Shown here: positions 26,678-35,835 of the stretch, one piece after another
How positions within the stretch are numbered: position 1 is the first letter of the stretch
Layout of the letters: each line of letters opens with the position of its first letter
Assembly (NCBI GenBank): GCA_035764385.1
Contig: DASTZI010000074.1
Span: 1 to 58,208, forward strand
Source: Vicinamibacterales bacterium
Lineage (GTDB): Bacteria > Acidobacteriota > Vicinamibacteria > Vicinamibacterales > UBA2999
DNA length: 58,208 nt
Direction: 5' to 3'
Position numbers and translations under genes: made by a program
Notes under the pieces: model-generated
What the model was told of the DNA's origin: nothing
Databases searched by the model: none
The model's input: only the letters and a program-made list of their open reading frames with translations

Positions 26678-27190
26678 TCACCGGCGAAGTGTGAAGCCGG
26701 TGAGCATCGTCACCCTCGTGCCGGCTTTTGTGGGCACGACCGCGAAATTCATCGGCACGTTGAGCACTCCGGCACGCATCGTGACGCCCGCCGCGAGCGC
26801 CAGCGCAACGCCGGCAGGCGTCACGTTTGGACCGACGCCGAACTCGGCGCCTTCCCTCGTCCGCAGTCCAACCATCCAGCTGAGACTCGGAATCGCCACG
26901 TTTTGATCGAGTCCCCCCAGCAGAAATACCCACTCGTTCAACGCGGTGACGCCACCCTGCTTCGAATAGAACTGCCGTTCGAACTGCCATCCGAATTGCG
27001 AGATGTTCTGCCCGACGTCGACATTGCGTTCGTGCAGCTTGTCGACCACTCCATCGCTCAGAAACGTCATGCCGACGCGCGGTCCCGCCAGGCTCAGCGT
27101 ACGAGCCGGGGGAGGCGCCTGGGTTCCTGACTGGGCATACAAAGGCGACGCAAACGCGACGCATACCAATGCAGCAACTACGTTCCGCAT
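26678..27190 (-). CDS. Exported hypothetical protein (beta-rich)
   Basis: ATG at 27190 is preceded by GGAGG. Signal peptide MRNVVAALVCVAFASPLYAQ. The upstream part of the track ORF is discarded. Confidence 0.7.
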   Translation of the reverse strand: MRNVVAALVCVAFASPLYAQSGTQAPPPARTLSLAGPRVGMTFLSDGVVDKLHERNVDVGQNISQFGWQFERQFYSKQGGVTALNEWVFLLGGLDQNVAIPSLSWMVGLRTREGAEFGVGPNVTPAGVALALAAGVTMRAGVLNVPMNFAVVPTKAGTRVTMLTGFTLRR

Positions 27191-27270
27191 AGTGAACCTC
27201 CATGCGGGTAACGTAGCTGGCTGAGGTCGGTCGAGTCCTGATGATTGGGCTGAAAAGTCCTGAAAGTCGG

Positions 27271-28710
27271 CTACGCGGCGCGATCGCGCAGCATGGCGAG
27301 CGTCCGGGCCCACATATCGGGGTGCCGCAACGGGTTCAGCAGGGGATCTACGGGGAGAAGCCACCCTGCGGGGCCGGCTTCGGCATGCGCGAGGGCTTCG
27401 CCACAGACCCGCGCAGCAAGTTCACGCTTGCCGTTGAGGATGAGCGCGGCGGCGTTCGCCATGGCGAGATCCACGTTGTTCATGCCTGCCAGGCGTGACT
27501 TCGCGCCAGTGACGTCCGCTCCGCACAACGCCGCCGCCAATGGATGGCCTGGGACGCGGTTCAAGGCTTCGCGGAAGGCCGCGTTGGCGTCCGCGCGACG
27601 ACCGTTGCGGAGATGAATCGCGCCGATGGCGTACCAGGTGTTCGCCGAACACTCGCGCGCGTACAACTGCCCGTCGGCTTCGAACTCGAGCTCGCGCGTG
27701 AATTCCTGAAGCGCGCCTTCCTCGTTCCCACGCGCCGCCAGTACGAGCCCATGCAGCAGGTGCAGGCCCACAGCCTTGAATCGTCCGCCCTCCGTACGTT
27801 GTGCGTCCTGCGACGCGCATCCGGGGCGCAACTCGTCCAATGCCGCATCAAATGCCTGACGAGCGATGAAGACCGTTGCCGCAAACCAGTGCGCAAGGGC
27901 AAGGCCGGGGCACAGTGTCAGGACGCGATGCGCCGCGCGAAGCCGCTCTTCGCCCCAGCTGACAAACGCCAGCCGCAAATGGTGACGCCAGTTGCCCGGG
28001 TCGAGGGTGACGGCTTTTCGTGCTGCGGCGATCGCTTCGCCAGTGCTGCCGCTTCTGTGCAGCACGAACGCAAGCGTGCTCCATGCTTCACCCGAGGACG
28101 GATCGAGCCGGCACCCTTCGCGCGCATGATGCACGGCATCGCGCAGCGCCTCGAGATCCGGTGAGGCGTGCGTGCGCGTCGACTCGAAACTGAGGGCACA
28201 GGCGTTCGCCATCCCGATATGCGCCGCCGCATCGTCCGGCTCTCCACGCAACGCCTCCCCGAACGCGGCGCGTGCGCGCGCCAGAGCGTCGCGATCCAGC
28301 GTTTCGAGCGCGGCCCGCCCTTCGACAAAGGCTCGGTAGGGAGCGAGCAGCGCGTCCAGCGACGCGTCTGATTCCCGCGGCTTGCCGCGTTCAACGGCGC
28401 CGCTGAATCGGTAACCGCGACGGCTCAGCGTCTCGATATACGGGCCCCCATCGGCGCGGCTGCCGAGCGCCTTCCGAAGACTGGAGATTGCCTGCTCGAT
28501 GCTGTTGTCGGCGACCGCCACGTCCTGCCACGCGGCTGCAATCAAGTCGTCCTTCGAAATGGTTCGGCCCGCATTGGCGGCGAGCTGTAGCAGGATTTCG
28601 AGATGGCGATCCGGCAGTAGCACCGGGTCGCTGCCACGGAGCAGCCGGCGGCGGCCGGAATCGAGCTGGAAGGGACCGAAGCGATAGATGTCGGCTCCGC
28701 TGCTGCGCAC
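27271..28710 (-). CDS. Winged-helix (OmpR/CadC-type) DNA-binding domain + TPR repeat regulator
   Basis: N-terminus reads YRFGPFQLD...LL...LLPDRHLEILLQLA...ISKDDLIAAAW.D..V.DNSIEQAISSLRKAL....YIETLSRRGYRF. The remainder is TPR-like helical repeats. Confidence 0.85.
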   Translation of the reverse strand: MRSSGADIYRFGPFQLDSGRRRLLRGSDPVLLPDRHLEILLQLAANAGRTISKDDLIAAAWQDVAVADNSIEQAISSLRKALGSRADGGPYIETLSRRGYRFSGAVERGKPRESDASLDALLAPYRAFVEGRAALETLDRDALARARAAFGEALRGEPDDAAAHIGMANACALSFESTRTHASPDLEALRDAVHHAREGCRLDPSSGEAWSTLAFVLHRSGSTGEAIAAARKAVTLDPGNWRHHLRLAFVSWGEERLRAAHRVLTLCPGLALAHWFAATVFIARQAFDAALDELRPGCASQDAQRTEGGRFKAVGLHLLHGLVLAARGNEEGALQEFTRELEFEADGQLYARECSANTWYAIGAIHLRNGRRADANAAFREALNRVPGHPLAAALCGADVTGAKSRLAGMNNVDLAMANAAALILNGKRELAARVCGEALAHAEAGPAGWLLPVDPLLNPLRHPDMWARTLAMLRDRAA

Positions 28711-28732
28711 CTGGATGCGCAGATTATCGCCG

Positions 28733-29455
28733 CTAACGTGCCAGGGCGACGGCGTCGTGTGTGCCGACGTTGACGCCGTTAATCATCTCGTATTCGTACG
28801 TCATCGTCATTGTCGACGTCCCGGCGAAGAGAATCTGCGCTGTTGACTCGATGCGGATGGGGACCCGGAGGCCACCGACGCGCCCGTACTGCTTGACGAC
28901 ATCGACGCGGCGCGTCCAGAACGACGGATTCTTGGCCAGTCGCCCTTCGACGCGAACCAGATCCGCATCGGTATCCGTGATATAGACAGCCCCGTCAATC
29001 AGCGTGACGTCCTTCCGCTTCGGCCGAGCGAACAACTTGACCAGGCCTGGTTCAGACGCCGGGGCTGCAGACAAGTCGTAATTGGTTGCCGTGAAGCTCG
29101 ACCGCGACACATCGCCGTTGGCGAAGATCTGTTCCTCGTCTTCGAGCATCGACCGGAAGACGCGGCCTCGAATGAGATCGCTGCCGCCTTCATTGATCAC
29201 ACGGTAATGGAATCCATCTGGCGAGAGCTCAGTGGCGATTTCCATCCACCCGGAGACGTTGTATCGCTCGTTGCGCCCCTCGAGGTGCCGAGTCCCGCGA
29301 TACGTGACGAGCGGTTCGTCGGCGCGGGCAAGAAAGCGGTGTACCACCGGTTCGACGGCGGCCGGCATCGGGGCCGACTCAGCCATCACCAAGACCGTCG
29401 CCATCGTAATCGCACCGAAGAGAACTGCCAGTCGGCGCATGGCGAACCGTGCCAC
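28733..29455 (-). CDS. Exported hypothetical protein, possibly LolA-like fold
   Basis: Signal peptide MRRLAVLFGAITMATVLVMA. The fold suggestion rests on overall resemblance only. Confidence 0.65.
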   Translation of the reverse strand: MARFAMRRLAVLFGAITMATVLVMAESAPMPAAVEPVVHRFLARADEPLVTYRGTRHLEGRNERYNVSGWMEIATELSPDGFHYRVINEGGSDLIRGRVFRSMLEDEEQIFANGDVSRSSFTATNYDLSAAPASEPGLVKLFARPKRKDVTLIDGAVYITDTDADLVRVEGRLAKNPSFWTRRVDVVKQYGRVGGLRVPIRIESTAQILFAGTSTMTMTYEYEMINGVNVGTHDAVALAR

Positions 29456-29507
29456 TGCAAACGGGACGCCGCATTACAGTCGAGGTCGAGCGATTACGAT
29501 CCCGGGA

Positions 29508-30647
29508 CTAAATCAGCAACGCGTCCCGTGCGGAAATCACAAGATCGAGTGCTTCGTCCGTCGTTCGCCCCATCGCCGTCATGTGGCCCATCTTGCGGCC
29601 GCGGCGGGCTTCCGACTTTCCATAGAGATGGATCTTTACATCGCTGTAGCGGGAAGCCGCTGCCCAATTCGGTTCACCGTCTTCCCACAGTTCGCCAAGG
29701 AGATTGGCCATGGCTGCCGCGGGGGCAAGCAGTCGCGTCGACCCCAGTGGCAGCGCGCAGACGGCGCGCACCTGCTGTTCGAACTGGCTCGTGATGGCCG
29801 CATCGAACGTGAGGTGCCCGGAGTTGTGCGGCCGCGGCGCGAGCTCGTTGACCAGCAGTTCACCGTCGGTGTCCACGAAAAATTCGACGCACAGTACGCC
29901 GACATACTCCAGTTCTTCCAGCAGGTGCCGCGTGATCTCGGCCGCGCGTGCGGCCAGTGATGGCGTAATCGCTGCAGGCGTCGTCGTGACATCCAGGATG
30001 TGATCCCGATGGCGGTTCTCGAACGCCTGATAGTGAGTCACCTCGCCATCGAGACCGCGTGCGGCAACAACTGACACTTCTGTCTGGAGGTTGACGAATT
30101 TCTCGACCACCGCTTCCTGATGACCGATCGCCGTCCAAATATGTTCGACGTCGGCCGGGGTCGTCACCTTGTGCTGCCCCTTGCCATCGTAGCCGAAGGC
30201 AGCTGTCTTGATGACGGCCGGTGTGCCAATGCGGGCGACCGCGTCCCACAACTCGTCAAGGCTGGCGGCGCGCCCGAACGGTGCCGTGGGGAAACCGCGA
30301 TCCGCAAGAAACTGCTTCTCGCGGGCACGCTGCTGCGCGGTCTGCAGCGCCATGCCGCACGGCCGCACTGGCGTGATGGCTTCGATGGCGTCGACGGCGA
30401 CGATCGGCACGTTTTCGAACTCGAAGGTGACCACGTCGACCTGGCGCGCGAACGCTTTGAGCGCGTCGAGATCTTCGTACTCCGCGACGACCTCGACGTC
30501 GGCGACCTGCCCGGTCGGTGTATCAACTTCGGGAGAAAACGTGTGGACGCGGTACCCCATGCGACGCGCGGCGATCGCGAACATCCGTCCGAGCTGCCCG
30601 CTGCCCAGAACGCCGAGGGCGGCGCCCGGCGCGATGACGCGCGTCAC
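29508..30647 (-). CDS. purK: N5-carboxyaminoimidazole ribonucleotide synthase
   Basis: Contains [20 protein letters not shown]-grasp layout. Four-nt overlap with purE. Confidence 0.92.
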   Translation of the reverse strand: MTRVIAPGAALGVLGSGQLGRMFAIAARRMGYRVHTFSPEVDTPTGQVADVEVVAEYEDLDALKAFARQVDVVTFEFENVPIVAVDAIEAITPVRPCGMALQTAQQRAREKQFLADRGFPTAPFGRAASLDELWDAVARIGTPAVIKTAAFGYDGKGQHKVTTPADVEHIWTAIGHQEAVVEKFVNLQTEVSVVAARGLDGEVTHYQAFENRHRDHILDVTTTPAAITPSLAARAAEITRHLLEELEYVGVLCVEFFVDTDGELLVNELAPRPHNSGHLTFDAAITSQFEQQVRAVCALPLGSTRLLAPAAAMANLLGELWEDGEPNWAAASRYSDVKIHLYGKSEARRGRKMGHMTAMGRTTDEALDLVISARDALLI

Positions 30648-31129
30648 GGCAGCCGTTCCTGGCGAACTCTCTCTGTTTGTTCGGCGCGGAAATCGCGCAG
30701 CCGCGCGCGCAGCTCCGGCCGTGAGTTCGCGAGGCTCGACACCGCGAGAATACCGGCGTTGGTCGCCCCTGCCTTGCCGATGGCCAGCGTGCCGACGGGC
30801 ACACCTCCCGGCATCTGCACGATCGACAGCAGCGAATCGAGGCCCTGAAGCGCCGCGCTCTGAACCGGAACCCCGAGCACGGGCAACACCGTGTGAGCGG
30901 CCACCATGCCGGGCAGGTGCGCGGCGCCCCCTGCCCCGGCAATGATGACCTCGATGCCGCGCGCTTCCGCGCCGCTCGCAAACTCCGCCATCCAGACCGG
31001 TGTCCGATGAGCCGACACAATGTGCCGCTCGTGCTCGACGCCGAACTGTTCGAGCACCTCGGCGGCGTGCCTCATCGTGTCCCAGTCTGACGAGGATCCC
31101 ATGATGACGGCGATCAATGGATGCGGCAT
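30644..31129 (-). CDS. purE: N5-CAIR mutase (class I PurE)
   Basis: Contains [35 protein letters not shown] and VLGVPV. Confidence 0.93.
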   Translation of the reverse strand: MPHPLIAVIMGSSSDWDTMRHAAEVLEQFGVEHERHIVSAHRTPVWMAEFASGAEARGIEVIIAGAGGAAHLPGMVAAHTVLPVLGVPVQSAALQGLDSLLSIVQMPGGVPVGTLAIGKAGATNAGILAVSSLANSRPELRARLRDFRAEQTERVRQERLP

Positions 31130-31184
31130 CGAGAGGAGGGAACCCGAATTTTACCGCGTCCCGCCTCTCTCTGTCGTCGGGGCG

Positions 31185-31565
31185 TCAATCAAGCGTGGCA
31201 AGCGCGATAAGCCATAACACGCCGACGGCCGCGCCTGCCGAGCCCAGCGCGATGGCGGCGATCTTCCCCCCGGACAGGTTCGATGGCTGGGCGCGTGACA
31301 GCGACGCAATCGATCCGTAATTGATCTGCTCCACGCTCACTGGCACCCGCGTCTTGCGCTGCACGAGCACGGCGTCCGGACGCGCTGCGATGAAGGTCGC
31401 CTTGAAGTGCTGGCCGTCGCGAAGCCGCACGTCCAGCGCGACACCGCCCTGGAGTTGTTCGGCGAGGGCGCGCCAGGCGCTGTCGTCGCTCGACTGCGCC
31501 GACGCCGGGATGGACGCGAGCGACAGGATGAGCACCCCGCTCATCATCACGCGAAGAAGCTTCAT
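31185..31565 (-). CDS. Small exported protein with C-terminal hydrophobic anchor
   Basis: ATG at 31565 (MKLLRVMMSGVLILSLASIPASAQ). C-terminal GGKIAAIALGSAGAAVGVLWLIALA. Confidence 0.65.
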   Translation of the reverse strand: MKLLRVMMSGVLILSLASIPASAQSSDDSAWRALAEQLQGGVALDVRLRDGQHFKATFIAARPDAVLVQRKTRVPVSVEQINYGSIASLSRAQPSNLSGGKIAAIALGSAGAAVGVLWLIALATLD

Positions 31566-31576
31566 GACACATCTCC

Positions 31577-32251
31577 TCAAAAGTCGAACCCAATCCCGCC
31601 GCGCCACTGCCACGCGACGGGCCTGTCAGTTGCCAGCGCGGTCCGGACGTCCGTTCGGACAAACGCATGGGGGCTCACATAGAACTTGAATCCGCCGCTG
31701 AGTACCGGCCTCACCGAATAGCTGATGGTGTCGACGGCAGGGACCGCAGGCAGCAGCACGTTCGGAACCGTGTTTGAGAAACGAACGCTCTCAGGCGGCA
31801 GCGCATCGGCGAGGTGCCGCTCGCGAACCAATTCGGCACCGCCGCCGACAAACGGATGCACCCACTGGTTTTCGAAGAATTGGTAGAGCACGATCGCGCC
31901 GACCGTCATTTCACGCAGCTTGTGATCGCGGTACCGGAGATAGGGAAAACTCTGACCCGGAACCGGTGTTTCTTCCTCGGCGTCGATCGTTCCCTCGCCG
32001 CCCATGCCGATTTCGAATTCACTCTTGAAATGCGGCGTCCAGTAATAACCTCCGGTGCCGTTGATCGCTGCCACCGAATACCAGTGGTCCCAGCGCGACA
32101 GTTCAGACTTGTTCCGGTTCAGCATCGAGAGCTGGCCTGAAATGTCCCATCGGGTGGCCGCCGGGAGCTTTAGATGTGTCGACTGCTGAGCGTAGGCGTC
32201 AGCGCTGGATGCGAGCGCCGCCAGACAGACAAGGGTTCTGACCGTGTTCAT
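31577..32251 (-). CDS. Outer-membrane beta-barrel protein (hypothetical)
   Basis: ATG at 32251 is preceded by GGAGGA. Signal peptide MNTVRTLVCLAALASSADAYA. Alternating beta pattern. C-terminal GGIGFDF ends in Phe. Confidence 0.7.
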   Translation of the reverse strand: MNTVRTLVCLAALASSADAYAQQSTHLKLPAATRWDISGQLSMLNRNKSELSRWDHWYSVAAINGTGGYYWTPHFKSEFEIGMGGEGTIDAEEETPVPGQSFPYLRYRDHKLREMTVGAIVLYQFFENQWVHPFVGGGAELVRERHLADALPPESVRFSNTVPNVLLPAVPAVDTISYSVRPVLSGGFKFYVSPHAFVRTDVRTALATDRPVAWQWRGGIGFDF

Positions 32252-32343
32252 TCCGTCCTCCTGCCCGGTAAGGTGCAGGACGGCGGAAACCCGGCTCACA
32301 CACCGTAATTCGCCGCAACTTTCACCGATTTTTGCGAGACGAT

Positions 32344-32400
32344 CCTCAGAGACTCAGAGGTCTTACCGGTTTAAGTCTCTGCGTCTCTGTGTCTCTGTGG
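32344..32400. repeat. Octamer direct repeats (GTCTCTG x3) with an upstream inverted copy
   Basis: CCTCAGAGAC (32344-53) lies upstream. GTCTCTG occurs at 32375-81, 32383-89 and 32391-97 (period 8). GTCTCTGTGG (32391-400) is a 9/10 complement of the left arm. Confidence 0.7.
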
Positions 32401-32442
32401 CCCGTGATCAGTGCAGTCACGAAAGTCAGTGAATGACGTTCC

Positions 32443-32931
32443 CTACGAAGAAATTGATTCGAACACTCCCGTCTCGCGATTCTTCCTCACCTTGTCCCAC
32501 TCGAAGTGCCGCCCATTCATCGCGATGTAGACCCCCGCGGGTAGTACCTGCACGAGCGATAACGCGCTACCGAGGTTGAACAGCCCATCGGAGCTGCCGA
32601 ACGCGTACGGAATCATTGCGCCGGTGAGGACGATGGTCTTTCCAGACACTCCTCTGGCGAGCGCCGCCGCAGTCTCCACCATCGTGTCGGTGCCGTGGGT
32701 GATGACGATGCAGGATTCGTCGCACTGCTGGCAGTTGCGGACGATGAGGTCGCGATCAGCATCGGTCATCTCCAGACTGTCGATCATCATCAGCGTGCGG
32801 ATGCTGAGGTCCACGTGCGACCGGCCGAGCCGCAGCATCTCCGCCAGGTGCGTGTCTCCGAACGAGAGCTGCCCCTGAATTTCGTCGTAGGTCTTGTCGA
32901 AGGTGCCGCCGGTCACGAAGATGCGAATCAT
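32443..32931 (-). CDS. Asparaginase-domain protein (short, N-terminal-domain type)
   Basis: ATG at 32931. Contains MIRIFVTGGTFDK (TGGT nucleophile motif), VITHGTDTM and IVLTGAM. About 162 aa. Confidence 0.8.
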   Translation of the reverse strand: MIRIFVTGGTFDKTYDEIQGQLSFGDTHLAEMLRLGRSHVDLSIRTLMMIDSLEMTDADRDLIVRNCQQCDESCIVITHGTDTMVETAAALARGVSGKTIVLTGAMIPYAFGSSDGLFNLGSALSLVQVLPAGVYIAMNGRHFEWDKVRKNRETGVFESISS

Positions 32932-32949
32932 TGCAGTTACTATCTCACC

Positions 32950-34404
32950 GTGGCCGACACTTCCACACGCGTTGAATCCACCGATCATCTCGTGCGCGGC
33001 ATCGGGCTGGCGCACGCGACCGCGCTGAACATGATCGACATGATCGGCGTCGGGCCGTTCATCACCATTCCGCTGATGGTGGCGACGATGCACGGCCCGC
33101 AGGCGATGCTCGGATGGGTGCTCGGCGCCGCCTTGGTGGTCTGTGATGGGATGGTCTGGGCCGAATTGGGCGCGGCGATGCCCCAGGCCGGCGGTCCGGT
33201 CCGCTACCTGCGCGCGATGTACCCGGGCCGCGCCGGACGCTGGCTCTCCTTTCTCTTTGTCTGGCAGCTCACCTTCAGCGCACCGCTGTCGATGGCATCG
33301 GGCTGCATCGGCTTCGCGCAGTATGCGGGCTATTTATGGCCTGCGTTGATGGACACCATCACGTCTACCAAAATCCCGATCCCTATTCCCGGCATCGGGA
33401 CGACGACCATTGAGTTCACCATCACCAACGGAACGTTTCTGGCGATGGGTGTCGCTGCCTTTGCGGTTCTGTTGCTGTACCGGCGCATTACCGTCATCGG
33501 CCGGATGGCTGCCCTCCTCTGGATCGGCGTCGTCGGCACGACGCTGTGGATCATCGGGTCGGGCGTGACGCATTTCAGCGCCGCGCAGGCGTTCGCATTT
33601 CCGCCGGGCGCATGGGAGCTGTCGCCGGCGTTCTTTACAGGCCTTGGCGCCGCGCTGCTCATTGCGGTGTACGACTACTGGGGGTATTACAACGTCTGCT
33701 ACCTCGGGGCCGAGATTCGCGACCCGGCGCGCGTCATTCCGCGCGCCATCCTCTTGTCGATCTTTGGTGTCGCCGCGATGTACCTGACGATGAACATCTC
33801 GATCCTCGGCTCGATGCCGTGGCAGGAGGTGGAGAAATCGAGCTTTATCGCGTCCGATTTCATGGCGCGCATCTGGGGACCGCGCGCCGCTGCGATCGTG
33901 ACGGTACTCATGTTATGGACCGCCTTCGCCTCGGTGTTCTCGCTGCTGCTTGGCTACTCGCGGGTACCGTACGCCGCAGCGCTCGACGGCGACTACTTTC
34001 CGGTGTTCGCGCGCCTCCACCCGAAATACCAGTTCCCACATGTCTCGCTGCTGGTGCTTGGGGGCGCGGCCATCATCTTCTGCCTGTTCCGTCTCGCCGA
34101 TGTGGTGACGGCGCTGGTCGTCATCCGCATCATGACCCAGTTCCTGGCGCAGACCCTCGGCATCATCGTCCTACGGACGCGCCGGCCGGACTTTCCACGG
34201 CCGTTCAGAATGTGGTTCTATCCGCTCCCCGCACTACTGGCCTTCACCGGGTATGTCTACACGATCGTCATGAGACCGAAGTCGATCGAATCCATCAGTC
34301 TGGCGCTGCTCGTCGTTGTGGTGGGGACGATTCTGTTCTGGGCGCGACAGCGCTGGGCCGACTCAACGCCCACTGCGCAAAGCTCAATGCGCAGTGCTCA
34401 ATGA
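32950..34404 (+). CDS. APC-superfamily amino acid permease
   Basis: GTG at 32950 (alternative 32992), in frame with the track ORF. Contains LNMIDMIGVGPFITIP..., about 12 TM segments and WAELGAAMPQAGGP. Confidence 0.85.
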   Translation: MADTSTRVESTDHLVRGIGLAHATALNMIDMIGVGPFITIPLMVATMHGPQAMLGWVLGAALVVCDGMVWAELGAAMPQAGGPVRYLRAMYPGRAGRWLSFLFVWQLTFSAPLSMASGCIGFAQYAGYLWPALMDTITSTKIPIPIPGIGTTTIEFTITNGTFLAMGVAAFAVLLLYRRITVIGRMAALLWIGVVGTTLWIIGSGVTHFSAAQAFAFPPGAWELSPAFFTGLGAALLIAVYDYWGYYNVCYLGAEIRDPARVIPRAILLSIFGVAAMYLTMNISILGSMPWQEVEKSSFIASDFMARIWGPRAAAIVTVLMLWTAFASVFSLLLGYSRVPYAAALDGDYFPVFARLHPKYQFPHVSLLVLGGAAIIFCLFRLADVVTALVVIRIMTQFLAQTLGIIVLRTRRPDFPRPFRMWFYPLPALLAFTGYVYTIVMRPKSIESISLALLVVVVGTILFWARQRWADSTPTAQSSMRSAQ

Positions 34405-34420
34405 CAGTTTGAAAGCTTGA

Positions 34421-35821
34421 TCACAACGCTGCGGTCCGATCATGCCTCCGCCTGCCCGCCTCCTCGATCTGCTTCTGCGCGGCCTCGAGCCACACGTGGT
34501 CGCGATGCAGCAGCTCACGTGCGGTCTCCAGCGCGCGCGACGTCTCGGATGGCGCAGGACCGCCGAGTGTGCGGCGAGCCTCGACGAAGTTGCGTGCACT
34601 GAGAATGCGCGTGAGCTCCTCGTCGGTGTACCCCAACGACGTCGGTGGGACAACGCCAGACAGCAAACCGGCGGCGATCGAGTGCGCCATCGTGAACGAA
34701 AGATTCTGATCGCGCACGAGGCGATCGGCAAGCTCCGTCAGCGTCGTCCCGCTCTCGGCGGCATGCGACTGCATCCGGTCCACATTCAGCTCGGCGCCAC
34801 GGATTGATATGGCCAGCAGCGCAACCGCGCGCTGTGCATCGTGGAACATCGCTGCCACGAGCGGCTGCAGATCGTCTTCCGTATCGACAATGTCGCCAAA
34901 CGGCGTGTTGTGAACGGCGATCGCGATCGCCAGCGCTTCACCAAGCGCTTTGCTCGTGATGGCGCGCGCGTGTTCGAGTGCGACAGGGTTCCGCTTCTGC
35001 GGCATGATGCTGCTCCCCTGAACGAGACCGTCGGCCAGGCGCATGTAGCCAACCTCCCGCGTGCACCACTGCAGGAGGTCCTGGACGACGCGGCCCAGCC
35101 CGACGAGCATCACCTGCGTCGCACTCACGCTCTCGAGCAGGTAATCCACCGTGGCGATGCTGCCGTAGGTGTTCCCGGTGGGCTCATCGAAGCCAAGCAG
35201 ATCGCTCGTCAGCTGCCGATCGATGTCAAAACCGGTGCCCGTGATCGCACAGGACCCGAGGGGGCACTTGTTCGTTGACACATATGCCGCTCTGAGGCGG
35301 ACGTGATCGCGTTCGAGCTGCTCGCTGACGGCCAGCAGATAGTGTGCGACGGTCGTCGGCTGTGCCGGCTGGGTATGCGTCAGCGCAGCAAATACGGTTT
35401 CGCGATGCTGCAGGGCGAGCTCGATCAGCGCCCTCCGCAGGTCGAGCGCCACGGCCGCGAGCGCGGCGATGAACTCCCGCTGCCGCATGCGGTACATCGT
35501 CATGTCGATGTCGTTGCGGCTTCGCGCGATGCGAAGCCGGCCGGCGATCTCTTCACCGCACGCCGCGACGATATTCCGCTCCACATGGAAGAACAAATCT
35601 TCACAAGAATGGTCGTAGCGGGCGGTCTTGAGATCGGCGACCGAAATCGAACCCAGCGCATGGCGCAACGCGCGGGCATCCGCGTCGGTAATGATTCCGC
35701 GGCCGCGCAACATCACGAGATGCGCGTAGTTGATCTCGATCAGCGGCGACAGGAAGAGGACTTTCGCTTCCTCGAAGTGCTCATGTAAGACGCGTGAAAC
35801 GTATTCGGGATCGAAGGCCAC
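34421..35821 (-). CDS. Argininosuccinate lyase family (fumarate-lyase superfamily) protein
   Basis: Signature GSSIMPQKRNPVALEH. Start taken as GTG at 35821, just after the upstream gene's stop. The N-terminus lacks the usual WGGRF-type beginning. Confidence 0.8.
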   Translation of the reverse strand: MAFDPEYVSRVLHEHFEEAKVLFLSPLIEINYAHLVMLRGRGIITDADARALRHALGSISVADLKTARYDHSCEDLFFHVERNIVAACGEEIAGRLRIARSRNDIDMTMYRMRQREFIAALAAVALDLRRALIELALQHRETVFAALTHTQPAQPTTVAHYLLAVSEQLERDHVRLRAAYVSTNKCPLGSCAITGTGFDIDRQLTSDLLGFDEPTGNTYGSIATVDYLLESVSATQVMLVGLGRVVQDLLQWCTREVGYMRLADGLVQGSSIMPQKRNPVALEHARAITSKALGEALAIAIAVHNTPFGDIVDTEDDLQPLVAAMFHDAQRAVALLAISIRGAELNVDRMQSHAAESGTTLTELADRLVRDQNLSFTMAHSIAAGLLSGVVPPTSLGYTDEELTRILSARNFVEARRTLGGPAPSETSRALETARELLHRDHVWLEAAQKQIEEAGRRRHDRTAAL

Positions 35822-35835
35822 CGGCTCCCTCTGGA

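Noticed and set aside
31130-31184. Purine/ZTP-type riboswitch upstream of purE
   Set aside because: Only 55 nt separate purE from the preceding gene's stop. No recognisable riboswitch core is present, and the space is too short.
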